Of a stretch of 64,000 nucleotides of DNA, positions 8,553 through 18,182 are shown in pieces. The notes under the pieces are model-generated. The model had not been told where the DNA came from, did no database searches, and was given only the letters and a program-made list of their open reading frames with translations. The DNA is from an uncultured bacterium (GTDB lineage: Bacteria > Patescibacteriota > Saccharimonadia > UBA4664). The stretch's first letter is position 1, and each line of letters opens with the position of its first letter. Location: NCBI GenBank assembly GCA_963720265.1, contig CAVRET010000002.1, positions 878,069 through 942,068 on the forward strand. The letters are read 5' to 3'. The position numbers and the translations under genes were made by a program.

Positions 8553-11500
8553 CTAGTTCAGCTCTTCGGGCTTATGCAAATGAATCAGCGACCATTTCTC
8601 GCCTTCGTCCGCGTCGTCACCAAGATAGGGTACGGCGATTGCGCTCAGAATCATTCCGTCGGCCAATTTGAGGGGCGTACCACCCTGCTTTAGATGCCCT
8701 CTACGACCGCCTTTTTCTTCTGTATCCTCACCCCAGTTGTAAAGCTCGTTATTGGTATCATTTTGAGCTTTTGAGATTCTGATTAAGATACGAGTTGTAT
8801 CTGCTGCAAGCTCCCGACAGAATTGGGCCTCCTCATGATCCGCTAGAGTCGGCAGGAAATACGTTAATAGGGATAGTTCTTCGTCTAGTTCGCACGTTTC
8901 GTGAATTAGTTGGTAATCGGCCCGGTGTTGCTTATTGATATATTTAATGGTTGCTTCGATGGCATTAAGAGATGATCGAATATTTGGCCCAAATAGACCC
9001 ATCGAAGCAGCCTCCTGGTCTAGTGCTTTCGACTGCGCATAGTATTCGAGTTCAGAGAGGTTGCCAAACAGATTGTCGCTAAACTCATTGGCGAAATAGC
9101 ACATGATCCTATAGAGCGACACCAACTCACTTTCCCTAGAGAGTGTGATTGCGTGCTTATGCGCTAGCAACACCGCTTGACTTTCGCCCGTCTCTGTCTC
9201 CACACATGTGTACCCTTCCTGGCCCAGAGAGGTCTTTAGAAGTTCCACCTGTTGCTCGTCGACGAAAAATGGTCGCTCGGTAGCGAGTTCCAGGCTGCCT
9301 CCTACACAAAAATCAGAATGTCGCTCTTGTACGTCCTTTAATCCTGTGCGAAATAAGGCCGCTAGAACAAGAAAGAACCCAAACTTATGGTCGTTGCGCT
9401 CTAATAGGGCTTCCTCGAGCCCGGCTGCGTAGCCAACGTCGGTCATTCCAATCCATGGTTGGCACATCTGCCCGCGCTCCGACAAACCGGTTCTATCTGT
9501 TAGCCCCATTTCTGTGAGGCGTCGCCGCTGTGCGAGGAATTCTTCCACGCGCGCTCTTGAGAGGTGCACCCGCGACGGAAGATTAAGGCGTGAGAGTTCT
9601 AGCTCGGGGTCTTCCCACTTTTGCTCAAAGCTGTAAAGTGCTAATGGCTCAAGTGAAGCGGTCTTGAAGGGCAGCTTGATCGGCTCGTTCTTCATGCCTT
9701 CGCTGTTGAGCTCTGCGTCCGAATAAGTAGAGAAGAATGCATCTTGCTCATTCGTGATATAGCCAATGCCTGATCTCACCCTACCTACCCGCCCTACCCG
9801 TTGATAGAGAGAGTTTACGTTGAGCGGTGCTAATCTTGGGAGCACCTCATCAGCAACCACTATATTCTCGAAAGCGCTACCCATCGTAACTACAAAGTCT
9901 AAGCTGGGAAAGGTGACGCCCATCTCAACCACATTTGTAGAAATAATGACGTATTTTGATTTTTCACTCTCAATTTGCTCCATTCTGTGTTCGAAGTCTG
10001 CTTTCAAGGTAGGGTCGCGGTTTATAGCACTTGCAAGCTTCACTACTCGGACAACTATGGCCTCTTTGTTGAGTGAACCTTCAATGAGGCCAGCAATACG
10101 ATTAATATCGCTCGTCTCCGAGGCGTAGCTGTTGGCAATAATTAGCATCCCTTGCGCTGTGTCGTTGCTACCAAGTACTGCTTTCTTCACCTCTTCGCTG
10201 TAGGGGTATGAGGTATCGGGGAAATACTTAGAGTTAGGGTCCGGTTGGACCAACGTGCCTTTCACCAAGTCGACGATGCAATCCATCATTGGCTGCTTCA
10301 TATTGTGAAGCCAGATCTTGTGGCTCTGCTTATTGGCCAGTATAAGATTTTGTACTGCTAGCATGTCCTTGATGCCACGCGTTTCGACAGTTGCCGACAT
10401 GTAATCTACTGGTATATCTCGATTCCTGCATAGAGCGATGGCCAACTCTACTTCAGAATTCTGACCGATTGTTATGTGAGCTTCATCGATGATAATTCTA
10501 TCAGCACCCGGCACTAGGTTGTTGTTCTTGGCCATTTGCGCAAACACGCCAGTAGTAATGAATTTTATGGGAGCGTCTGGATTACGAGACTTTGCGGATG
10601 TTGCGCATCCGAATATTTCCGCTGATCTCGAAGGGTTAAGTTGAGAGCTTTTTTGTGTCTTCAAAAAATCTTCGAATGAATCGTTCATATGATCCATTTC
10701 ATTGGTGGCGATAGGAATTGTGGGCTCTACGACGAATACTCGAGGTAAGTCGGTGCATTCTGAACCATCATCACGACCTTGGTAGTACTTCTCGCACATG
10801 CGAAGGAAGACGTGCACAGGTGCTGCTACAGTCTTGCCCAAGCCAGTTGCGGCCACAAGGAAAAAAGGCTCTTCTTTAATCTGGGACAGGTAATTTGCGA
10901 TGCCTAACGGCCGTGGGTAAGTCAGAATATGTCCGAGGAACTCCACTATCAGTGAGACATCATACTTGGTAGACCCGCCCCGATAGCCTCGAACAAGCAG
11001 ACTAATTTTTGGGATATTGTAAGAAATGGCGGATGTGCGCTCGTTGGAACTTGAAACAGGGGCTTTTACATGCTGGGGTACTGCACCATCTTGCACAGTC
11101 GTGCCGCTTGACTCCTGGCTCGATGGAAGTTTTTTGACGTTGGCCTGAGGCTTTGAAGCTGGTGCCGCACCGGCTATGTCAGGTTTAATGTGCGCCTCCG
11201 AAATAGATAGTCGGATTTGCTTACCAGCCGCTTCGCTAGCCATTTGCTCCAATCTAGACCGACTTAGTTCATAGGCGAAATGTTTCGGGCCAGAAGCGGT
11301 TGCTGTAATGAATGGCAGATTAATTACATACTTCTCAGCATCGGCTAACAGGACCCTTGCCTCTTCTGCTGCATCTCGCATTCGCTGCTGAGCGGCTTTA
11401 TCAAGCGATAAGTCTATGCCTTGTTCTCTTTTAAATTCACCTATCAAGTAGCTTGCAAGTACAAGGCGATAGTCACTCTCGGCGAGCCGAATGCTGTGGT

Positions 11501-11813
11501 CAATTATGGCTACACGGTCGGAACGACTGTCCGAGTTTTGTGCGGGGTGGTTGGCTGCTTTAATATCGTCGGCAACGGCGATACGCCTTATGCCTATAGC
11601 CTGCCATTTCCATTTATGATTCTGCGGGGCGCGAGAATCAAGCTCAGGGTGCTCCTTGAGCCTAAAAATGACAACCTCGCCAGCTTCGAGTGGGGATTTG
11701 ATATATACGAGAGATTCGGCATCAAACCATATTTCGCAGTCAATTTCTCCACCAATTTTAATGAAGCCCGGTGAGTTTTGAGTACTTCTTTGAAGAACCT
11801 GTCCTGCGTACAC
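8553..11813 (-). CDS. DEAH/RHA (HrpA/B-like) SF2 helicase with N-terminal cold-shock-like OB domain and DnaK subdomain IIB
   Basis: Motifs AATGLGKT (I), EPTIPIA (Ia), FITTG (Ib), IIDEAH (II), MSAT (III), STNVVEMGVTFP (V), QRVGRVGR (VI). Residues ~115-190 are DnaK-like (EFKREQGIDLSLDKAAQQRMRDAAEEA...INLPFITATASGPKH). GGAGG RBS precedes the GTG start. Confidence 0.88.
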   Translation of the reverse strand: MYAGQVLQRSTQNSPGFIKIGGEIDCEIWFDAESLVYIKSPLEAGEVVIFRLKEHPELDSRAPQNHKWKWQAIGIRRIAVADDIKAANHPAQNSDSRSDRVAIIDHSIRLAESDYRLVLASYLIGEFKREQGIDLSLDKAAQQRMRDAAEEARVLLADAEKYVINLPFITATASGPKHFAYELSRSRLEQMASEAAGKQIRLSISEAHIKPDIAGAAPASKPQANVKKLPSSQESSGTTVQDGAVPQHVKAPVSSSNERTSAISYNIPKISLLVRGYRGGSTKYDVSLIVEFLGHILTYPRPLGIANYLSQIKEEPFFLVAATGLGKTVAAPVHVFLRMCEKYYQGRDDGSECTDLPRVFVVEPTIPIATNEMDHMNDSFEDFLKTQKSSQLNPSRSAEIFGCATSAKSRNPDAPIKFITTGVFAQMAKNNNLVPGADRIIIDEAHITIGQNSEVELAIALCRNRDIPVDYMSATVETRGIKDMLAVQNLILANKQSHKIWLHNMKQPMMDCIVDLVKGTLVQPDPNSKYFPDTSYPYSEEVKKAVLGSNDTAQGMLIIANSYASETSDINRIAGLIEGSLNKEAIVVRVVKLASAINRDPTLKADFEHRMEQIESEKSKYVIISTNVVEMGVTFPSLDFVVTMGSAFENIVVADEVLPRLAPLNVNSLYQRVGRVGRVRSGIGYITNEQDAFFSTYSDAELNSEGMKNEPIKLPFKTASLEPLALYSFEQKWEDPELELSRLNLPSRVHLSRARVEEFLAQRRRLTEMGLTDRTGLSERGQMCQPWIGMTDVGYAAGLEEALLERNDHKFGFFLVLAALFRTGLKDVQERHSDFCVGGSLELATERPFFVDEQQVELLKTSLGQEGYTCVETETGESQAVLLAHKHAITLSRESELVSLYRIMCYFANEFSDNLFGNLSELEYYAQSKALDQEAASMGLFGPNIRSSLNAIEATIKYINKQHRADYQLIHETCELDEELSLLTYFLPTLADHEEAQFCRELAADTTRILIRISKAQNDTNNELYNWGEDTEEKGGRRGHLKQGGTPLKLADGMILSAIAVPYLGDDADEGEKWSLIHLHKPEELN

Positions 11814-11962
11814 CTTTAACAGCCTCCCCTGGATTTACGCCGTGTCTGAAGACGGGAATTACTTGATAGCGATTACCATTATTGTTACCAGCTTAGTGGA
11901 CATGTCGGAACGCCTCAATAAGCTTTAGAGATCTAGTATTGCGGCACACGTTGGTCTGTCAT

Positions 11963-12187
11963 TTACAGACCTTTTAGTAGTTCGCTCGGATCTACCTTGA
12001 GCGCTTTCGCGATCTTCAGGATCTTATCAACGTTCAAATTTCGCTCGCCGCGCTCGAGTTGCCCCATGTAGCTGGCAGATATTCCAATTTTCCAGGCGAG
12101 TTCTTCTTGCGACATTTCGCGCTGTTCGCGGTAGCGCCGGATCTTCTGGCCAATCTTTTTGTGGCCGCGTGAGAGTTCTTCATTCAT
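11963..12187 (-). CDS. XRE-family HTH transcriptional regulator
   Basis: IGQKIRRYREQREMSQEELAWKIGISASYMGQLERGERN; AAGGAG RBS. Confidence 0.92.
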   Translation of the reverse strand: MNEELSRGHKKIGQKIRRYREQREMSQEELAWKIGISASYMGQLERGERNLNVDKILKIAKALKVDPSELLKGL

Positions 12188-12314
12188 TACTCCTTATGAA
12201 TAGATGGAACAACGCATATAGACCAGTTACTATGTGCGCTATTGCCTCTTATGGTTGTATCCGTTATAAATGCACATAGTTACTAAACTTTAGCTGTATA
12301 GAGGAGGCCGACCC

Positions 12315-13049
12315 ATGCCGGATATTCGTCCCCCACATCAACAAAGCCCGCCAGTGGCCAGCCCGCCGCCATCAAGCTACGGAGATGTGACGAGGTCATG
12401 GTGGAAGTCACTTACTCGCCTGCAACGCAACCGCCTTATTGGCCTCGGGGTCCTGGTGGTACTGATTGGTGGTGGCCTTGTAGCCGGCCACTATAATCGC
12501 AGTTCCGGGACCACAAGCAACGCACCCATAGTAGCGGCCAACGGCACCACCAGTATTGGTAAGGGTACAGTATTTGCCTACAACGGTATTACCTACACGG
12601 TCCAATTCGCTGGTGTAGATTTAGAAGGTCAAAGCACTCAATCGGCAACTGGCATGCAAATTGAATACTTCTTTACCATCAAGTCTCAACCTGCCAATCT
12701 GAATCGTACGCCCGATACGTTTTACATTGATGCCGCGATACCCAAAGCAGAAGCACCGGATTGTGGCGTCAGCCCGACACCAATCCCGGCAGATTCTCTT
12801 GTGCAGGAAATTAACTACTTCGTGCCCGTCCCGCAGAAAGCTGGCTGGTGTGAGTGGTTCCAAGGCCTGAATGACCAAAGCAACTCGACCGCGTCTGCGG
12901 ATGACCCGAACGTACCGGATTACTCGCCAACGCCACAGGAAATTCAGTTAAACGAACTTAATGCACCCCTCAATCGCACGAAGGTAGTGCTTGTTATCCG
13001 GCCCAGTAGTGGCGGTAGCCAGTGGATCGTGCCGTATCCCAGCAATTAA
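12315..13049 (+). CDS. Membrane-anchored extracytoplasmic hypothetical protein
   Basis: One TM helix (LIGLGVLVVLIGGGLVAG), then a beta-rich domain with a Cys pair; GAGGAGG RBS. Confidence 0.75.
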   Translation: MPDIRPPHQQSPPVASPPPSSYGDVTRSWWKSLTRLQRNRLIGLGVLVVLIGGGLVAGHYNRSSGTTSNAPIVAANGTTSIGKGTVFAYNGITYTVQFAGVDLEGQSTQSATGMQIEYFFTIKSQPANLNRTPDTFYIDAAIPKAEAPDCGVSPTPIPADSLVQEINYFVPVPQKAGWCEWFQGLNDQSNSTASADDPNVPDYSPTPQEIQLNELNAPLNRTKVVLVIRPSSGGSQWIVPYPSN

Positions 13050-14500
13050 AAGCTGTGCGGTCGATAGTCAGTGTAGGCTACGAGCTCACTGCTAAAGGCG
13101 CGAGGAACGGCGGGCGGGATTGTGGCTGCCAGAGTCTCATTGGCGTCCCTAACAGCCTCCGTCACCATCCCCCGATGCGCCTCAAATAGAGCATTCCGCT
13201 GGTGCACCGCACGGCTCTGCTGTTGAACCTGATCGCGCGCGCGACGGTAATGCGCTCTGTCCCCGAAATATTCGACGACCAGCGGAACGTCGTGGATCAA
13301 AATGGCTACGATAACTATCGCCATGAGTACGACAAATGGGTACTGCTGGATTAATACCGATATCACGCCAACTACCAGGAAGAACACCGCCATCTGCAGT
13401 CGCCGTCCCAGCATCGTGGCAAGCACCGGTTCTCGGGGAGGGGTCGGCAGGGCAACGGGATTTTTAAGACATGCACTGGCTTCGTCCCGCATATTCGACA
13501 AGCTCATCTGCATACGACGGCGGTAGATGGCCAGGTTGAGTACATTCGTTCGCGGCCCTGGCGCTCGCTTGGGCGGCGTCGGCTTCTCGCGCGTCATCGG
13601 CACGCCGGCTTGGTGGCACGCGTCGTAGAGATTGTCCCACGAAGTATTGAGTGCCCGAGCCTGGGTCACGAGCGTTCGACAGGACTCCTGGGTGGCTTCG
13701 TCAATTCGATCTAATTCCATAGACTCGGCGGCGATTACCAGCTCCGCGTCGATGAGAAAGGCTTTAGCCAGCTCCCGCTCAGCCACCTCTCGCTGCTGCG
13801 GTCCGTTGGCGTACTTCATGAGTGGCAACGCAACGTCGGGACAGTCGCGGGATATGGCGCGCCGCAGTACTTCCCAACCGGCGCGTTCGTTGCCGATTTG
13901 CGCGTAGCACCGGGCGGATAAGATGGCGGCCTCAGCGCTCAAGGCTGGGTTAGCGTCAGCAAACAAAGCGCTATCGGCAAACGCCGCCGCTGCTACATCG
14001 GGCTGATCGTTACTGGCATACAGAAAGCCCAGGGCGTGCCAGGCCACAAAGTCCGTCGGATTGAGGGCGACAGCATGTTTGAGGTGCTGGACAGCCAGTA
14101 GCAACTTATCTTTGGACGCAAGATACAGGCCCTTTTCGCGCCTGGCGGCGGCCCTGGCATCATCCCAGTTTGAGAGGATCTGCACGATTTGATCAAGCTG
14201 GGCTGAGATCTGTAGGAGCTGGCGAAGCGTCAGCACGAAGCCGACGTGTGTGATCGCAACTAAATTGCCCAGGTTGAGGGCAATGTGCCTACGGTCGGTT
14301 GCGGCTTCGGTCTCAAGTTGGGTAATCGCTCTTAGTCCAGCATCCACCCTATCGTCCATGCGGGCGATGTTACGACCGACATATTTGGTCGTGCGCCGGA
14401 GCTCAGTGAGATCCACGTGCTGCCGCGCGGCAATAGACCGCATAGTTTTTTCGTAACTGGCGGTTTGACGCTGAATCGTTTGTTCGACGGCACTAGACAT
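13046..14500 (-). CDS. TPR-repeat membrane protein
   Basis: TPR pattern AVALNPTDFVAWHALGFLYA...AAAAF; two TM helices near the C-terminus. Confidence 0.75.
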   Translation of the reverse strand: MSSAVEQTIQRQTASYEKTMRSIAARQHVDLTELRRTTKYVGRNIARMDDRVDAGLRAITQLETEAATDRRHIALNLGNLVAITHVGFVLTLRQLLQISAQLDQIVQILSNWDDARAAARREKGLYLASKDKLLLAVQHLKHAVALNPTDFVAWHALGFLYASNDQPDVAAAAFADSALFADANPALSAEAAILSARCYAQIGNERAGWEVLRRAISRDCPDVALPLMKYANGPQQREVAERELAKAFLIDAELVIAAESMELDRIDEATQESCRTLVTQARALNTSWDNLYDACHQAGVPMTREKPTPPKRAPGPRTNVLNLAIYRRRMQMSLSNMRDEASACLKNPVALPTPPREPVLATMLGRRLQMAVFFLVVGVISVLIQQYPFVVLMAIVIVAILIHDVPLVVEYFGDRAHYRRARDQVQQQSRAVHQRNALFEAHRGMVTEAVRDANETLAATIPPAVPRAFSSELVAYTDYRPHSF

Positions 14501-14697
14501 ACTGTCTTGTTTATTTCCTCACAAACTTGGTAATCGGATAGAATTACACAAACTTTCTGTCGTGTCAATGTTTTTTGCTTTTCCAGGGCCATTTTTCAGG
14601 TTTGAAGCCTGTCATGCTTGACTGATGTAATTTTACAGCGCTATGCTCTTAGCCATCCGCTGTGAATTTACAGCATTTAACCGAAAGGGGGTCAGGT

Positions 14698-14853
14698 ATG
14701 ACGAAAAAAATCAAAGTGAAGGTGGTACGGCGCGAGCCGATCGACGCCGAAAAGCTCGCCTCAGCGCTGGTAGAAATCGCCATTAGGGTGGTTAAGAAGC
14801 CGAGCGAAACGACGAGCAAGGACTCGGCTAACGGGACAACTGACCATGAATGA
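14698..14853 (+). CDS. Small basic protein at the head of the mobilization operon
   Basis: MTKKIKVKVVRREPIDAEKLASALVEIA; AAAGGGGG RBS. Confidence 0.55.
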   Translation: MTKKIKVKVVRREPIDAEKLASALVEIAIRVVKKPSETTSKDSANGTTDHE

Positions 14854-14996
14854 TCATATTCGGGCGAGAATTGCGCGCGGCAGGTTGCCGGAGATCAAGC
14901 AGATTGGTTCGGATCGGCCGGATGTTCCAGCGATTCTGTCGCTTAACAAGAGCCGACACCGCAAGCCACGCGACGCACGGCGAGTGAGGCGGTCCG

Positions 14997-17303
14997 ATGT
15001 TTAACGCGCTTGCCGAACTACTGCTGTTAGGTGCTACCGGCGTCGTGGCCGTCCGGTGCGTGGAGCAATATCGCATCGAGATGCACCGCCTGGCCTACGA
15101 GTTATATTTTCCGCATGGGCTGAAGCCTGACGCTGTCGCTGACTACATGCGGATCGTAGCCCATATGTTGCCTCGGCCAAAATTTCGCATCCTTGCGCAC
15201 ACGTCGTTTGTGCTTGAGACCCGCGCATCTCACGAGGGCATTCGGCACGTGGTGCACCTGCCTGAAACTTATGCTGGAACGCTTCTGGCGCAATTACACG
15301 CGGTTGTTCCGGGCGTTCGAGCCGTACAACTTCACTCAGCAGGCAGAACCGTGCAACCCCTGGTAACTCGTGAGTTGCGACTGACGAACCGGCTCTACCC
15401 GCTGAATGTCGACCATGCCAATGCCGCAACCCTGGCCATGCTGGCTAGTCTGCAGCCGCTAGAGCGCGGTGAATCGGTTGTCGTCCAGATGGTTATGGCC
15501 CCGGTCACGTCTCCGAGCCTGCCCCGGCAGCGTTCGCCCAAGCCGTATCAGATCCCCCTGCCCTGGTGGTCGCGTATGTTGTTTGACGTTGTAACTTCAA
15601 ACCCGCTGACGCCGGATCAACGGGCGGCGGCCGAGCTAAAGCTAGCCGAGCCGGCCTTTAGTGGCACGCTGCGGATCGGAGCACAAGCTCGCACGCGACG
15701 CCGCAGTCGCCACCTGGTGCGGTGCCAAATCGCACCACTGCAAATTTTGAGCACCCAGCAAGCCCGGTTCGTTCGCCGCCGCGTGCCAAGCGTCGTTGCG
15801 ACGTGGGCATTTGAACGGGCGTTCCTGCCGATCGTGCTATTTCCGGTCACGCTCAATGCGGTCGAGCTGGCCAGTCTGTCAACCTGGCCGATCCTATCAC
15901 CGGTTCTCCCCGGACTTAGGATCGGAGCCAGCAGACTGGTGCCACCGCCGGTTGCTATTCCGGTTTCCGGTCACGTCTTAGGCGAAGCGAATTATCCCGG
16001 CACGACCAGACCGGTGGCGGTCAGTGTGAGCGCCAGCTTGCGACACACCTACGTCATTGGCCCGACCGGCAGCGGGAAATCTACGCTCCTCATCAACTTG
16101 GCCGTCCAGGACATGGCGGCCGGACGAGGTCTGGCGGTGTTCGATCCCAAGGGTGACCTCATTGAGGACTTACTGGCGCGCGTACCGAGACATCGGCTGG
16201 GTGACGTCGTCGTGATTGACCCGACCGACCCAACTCGCGCCGTTGGCCTCAACTTACTCGATCACAGCGCGTCAATCAGTAGCGAACTAGCGGTTGACCA
16301 GATTGTGGGGACGTTCAAGCGACTGTTTGTCGGGTTCTGGGGACCGCGCACCGACGACGTCCTGCGCTCGTGCCTCCTGACACTGGCCCACCACCCCGAT
16401 ACCACGCTGGTTGATGTGCCGCTACTGCTGCAGGATTCGAAATATCGGGATCGACTGGTCGACGCCATCGACGATCCGGTTGGACTGGCACCATTTTGGA
16501 AATGGTACAAAGCCTTAAGCGACAAAGAGCGTAGTCAAGTGGTCGGGCCGGTGCTGAACAAATTGCGGGCGTTACTGCTGCGTAAGGCCGTCCGTGACAT
16601 TGTGGGACAACCCCAGTCCACTATCCGCATGAGCGAGATTATCGCCCAGAACAAGATTCTGCTTGTGAGTTTGCCAAAAGGCCTACTGGGTGAGGATACC
16701 AGCTCGTTACTGGGCTCACTGTTGGTGATGAATTTGTACCAGGCGGCAACACAACGCGCCAGCTTGCCGGTCGAACAGCGCACCCCGTTTTTCTGCTATA
16801 TCGACGAATTTCAGGACTATCTGAACCTGCCTCAAGGAGTTGAAACGATCCTGGCCCAGGCGCGAGGGTTCGGATTTGCCCTGGTTATGGCGCATCAGCA
16901 CCTGGCTCAGTTGTCCAAAGAAGTCCGCGACGGCGTGCTGGCCAATGCCCGCACCAAGGTGGTGTTCCAGACGGCCGCCAGTGACGCTCGGACGCTGGCG
17001 GACGAATTCGAGCCTCACATTACGGCGAGCGACTTACAGAACCTCGAACCACATCAGGCGTTTGCAATGGTGGCATTGAACAACCAGCCAGCGGCGGTTA
17101 CCAGTATCGCGACCGCTCCGCCGCCACCACCGTCAAGCGATCCGCAGCGGATAAAGGCCATGTCGGCGGCCAAGTACGGAACGAGCCGCTACGACATTGA
17201 GCAATTCATGCGCTCACGCCATGTGGCCGACTATGCCACCGCCCCGGATCAGTCAACGGGGACCGACGTTGAATCTACCGAAGGGTTTACCGATGGTTTG
17301 TAG
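14997..17303 (+). CDS. VirD4/TraG/TrwB-like type IV coupling ATPase
   Basis: HTYVIGPTGSGKS Walker A, FDPKGD, YIDEFQ Walker B, ARGFG...AHQHLAQL. Confidence 0.9.
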   Translation: MFNALAELLLLGATGVVAVRCVEQYRIEMHRLAYELYFPHGLKPDAVADYMRIVAHMLPRPKFRILAHTSFVLETRASHEGIRHVVHLPETYAGTLLAQLHAVVPGVRAVQLHSAGRTVQPLVTRELRLTNRLYPLNVDHANAATLAMLASLQPLERGESVVVQMVMAPVTSPSLPRQRSPKPYQIPLPWWSRMLFDVVTSNPLTPDQRAAAELKLAEPAFSGTLRIGAQARTRRRSRHLVRCQIAPLQILSTQQARFVRRRVPSVVATWAFERAFLPIVLFPVTLNAVELASLSTWPILSPVLPGLRIGASRLVPPPVAIPVSGHVLGEANYPGTTRPVAVSVSASLRHTYVIGPTGSGKSTLLINLAVQDMAAGRGLAVFDPKGDLIEDLLARVPRHRLGDVVVIDPTDPTRAVGLNLLDHSASISSELAVDQIVGTFKRLFVGFWGPRTDDVLRSCLLTLAHHPDTTLVDVPLLLQDSKYRDRLVDAIDDPVGLAPFWKWYKALSDKERSQVVGPVLNKLRALLLRKAVRDIVGQPQSTIRMSEIIAQNKILLVSLPKGLLGEDTSSLLGSLLVMNLYQAATQRASLPVEQRTPFFCYIDEFQDYLNLPQGVETILAQARGFGFALVMAHQHLAQLSKEVRDGVLANARTKVVFQTAASDARTLADEFEPHITASDLQNLEPHQAFAMVALNNQPAAVTSIATAPPPPPSSDPQRIKAMSAAKYGTSRYDIEQFMRSRHVADYATAPDQSTGTDVESTEGFTDGL

Positions 17304-18179
17304 ATGCGCTCGCATCTTCAGGCTTTGGGGCAACCTTCATCACAGATTAAGACAGGTGACTCTCTTAGTACTAAGGCATGTGCAATGACGCAGCTTCAGC
17401 GGCACAGCCGTGATGACCTGCTAACGACGGCCAAGCGCTTAACGGACCGTGACCGCGCCATTGTGGCAACGCTGGCAAGCGTGCGCCTGGCAACTGCCGA
17501 GCATATTCGACAACTCCACTTTGCGACTGGTTCACCAATTTCAACTGGCCGGGACTGCCGACGAGTCCTCAACCGCTTAATCGGGCTCGGGGTGGTGAGC
17601 GTGCTCGACCAGGGACAGCGTCGCAGTAATGGTGGCCGATGGCCTCACTACTACCGACTCGGCTCTGTCGGACAACGCTTGGTCTGGCCGGAGCGTAGGC
17701 GCTATCCCCAAATTCTGCCGATGGGCAGTCAGTTTCGCGCCCATATCCTGGCCCTGACGGATCTGTATGTGGCAATTCATGTCGCCGCTAGTTCCGGGGC
17801 GGTTGAGATCCGCAGATGCCAAACCGAACCGCGATGCTGGCGGAGAACATCGGCGCTACGATCCGGGACATTAAAGCCCGATATGTATTTACTCTTGGGT
17901 CGCCAGCGCGTAATCCAGGCTACGTTCATCGAAATGGATATGGCGACCGAGCCGCCCGTGCGGATTCGCGCCAAACTTAACCAGTATTACGACTACTGGG
18001 CCAGCGGCCGCGAACAGGAGCGCACTAAGCTATTTCCGCGGGTGCTGTTTCTGGTTCCCAACCAGACGCGTCTAACGCAAATCCAGCAAATAATTAGCGA
18101 CCAACCCAAGTACATGCAGGCCCTGTTCACGGCTGCCCTGCAAGCAGACGCCATACCAACCTTAATTGGAGGACTTTAG
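17304..18179 (+). CDS. Replication-relaxation (Replic_Relax) family protein
   Basis: LTDRDRAI wHTH start, HILALTDLY, LKPD...FIEMDMATE...KLNQY, FPRVLF; directly downstream of VirD4. The start may be 17385. Confidence 0.88.
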   Translation: MRSHLQALGQPSSQIKTGDSLSTKACAMTQLQRHSRDDLLTTAKRLTDRDRAIVATLASVRLATAEHIRQLHFATGSPISTGRDCRRVLNRLIGLGVVSVLDQGQRRSNGGRWPHYYRLGSVGQRLVWPERRRYPQILPMGSQFRAHILALTDLYVAIHVAASSGAVEIRRCQTEPRCWRRTSALRSGTLKPDMYLLLGRQRVIQATFIEMDMATEPPVRIRAKLNQYYDYWASGREQERTKLFPRVLFLVPNQTRLTQIQQIISDQPKYMQALFTAALQADAIPTLIGGL

Positions 18180-18182
18180 CCT

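Noticed and set aside
11241-11470. dnaK pseudogene
   Set aside because: The fragment is in frame within an intact 1086-aa ORF, corresponds to one discrete subdomain, and no other dnaK parts are nearby.
14847-15004. 52-aa basic ORF bridging the small gene and VirD4
   Set aside because: Overlaps suggest translational coupling, but there is no recognisable motif; too weak to call.
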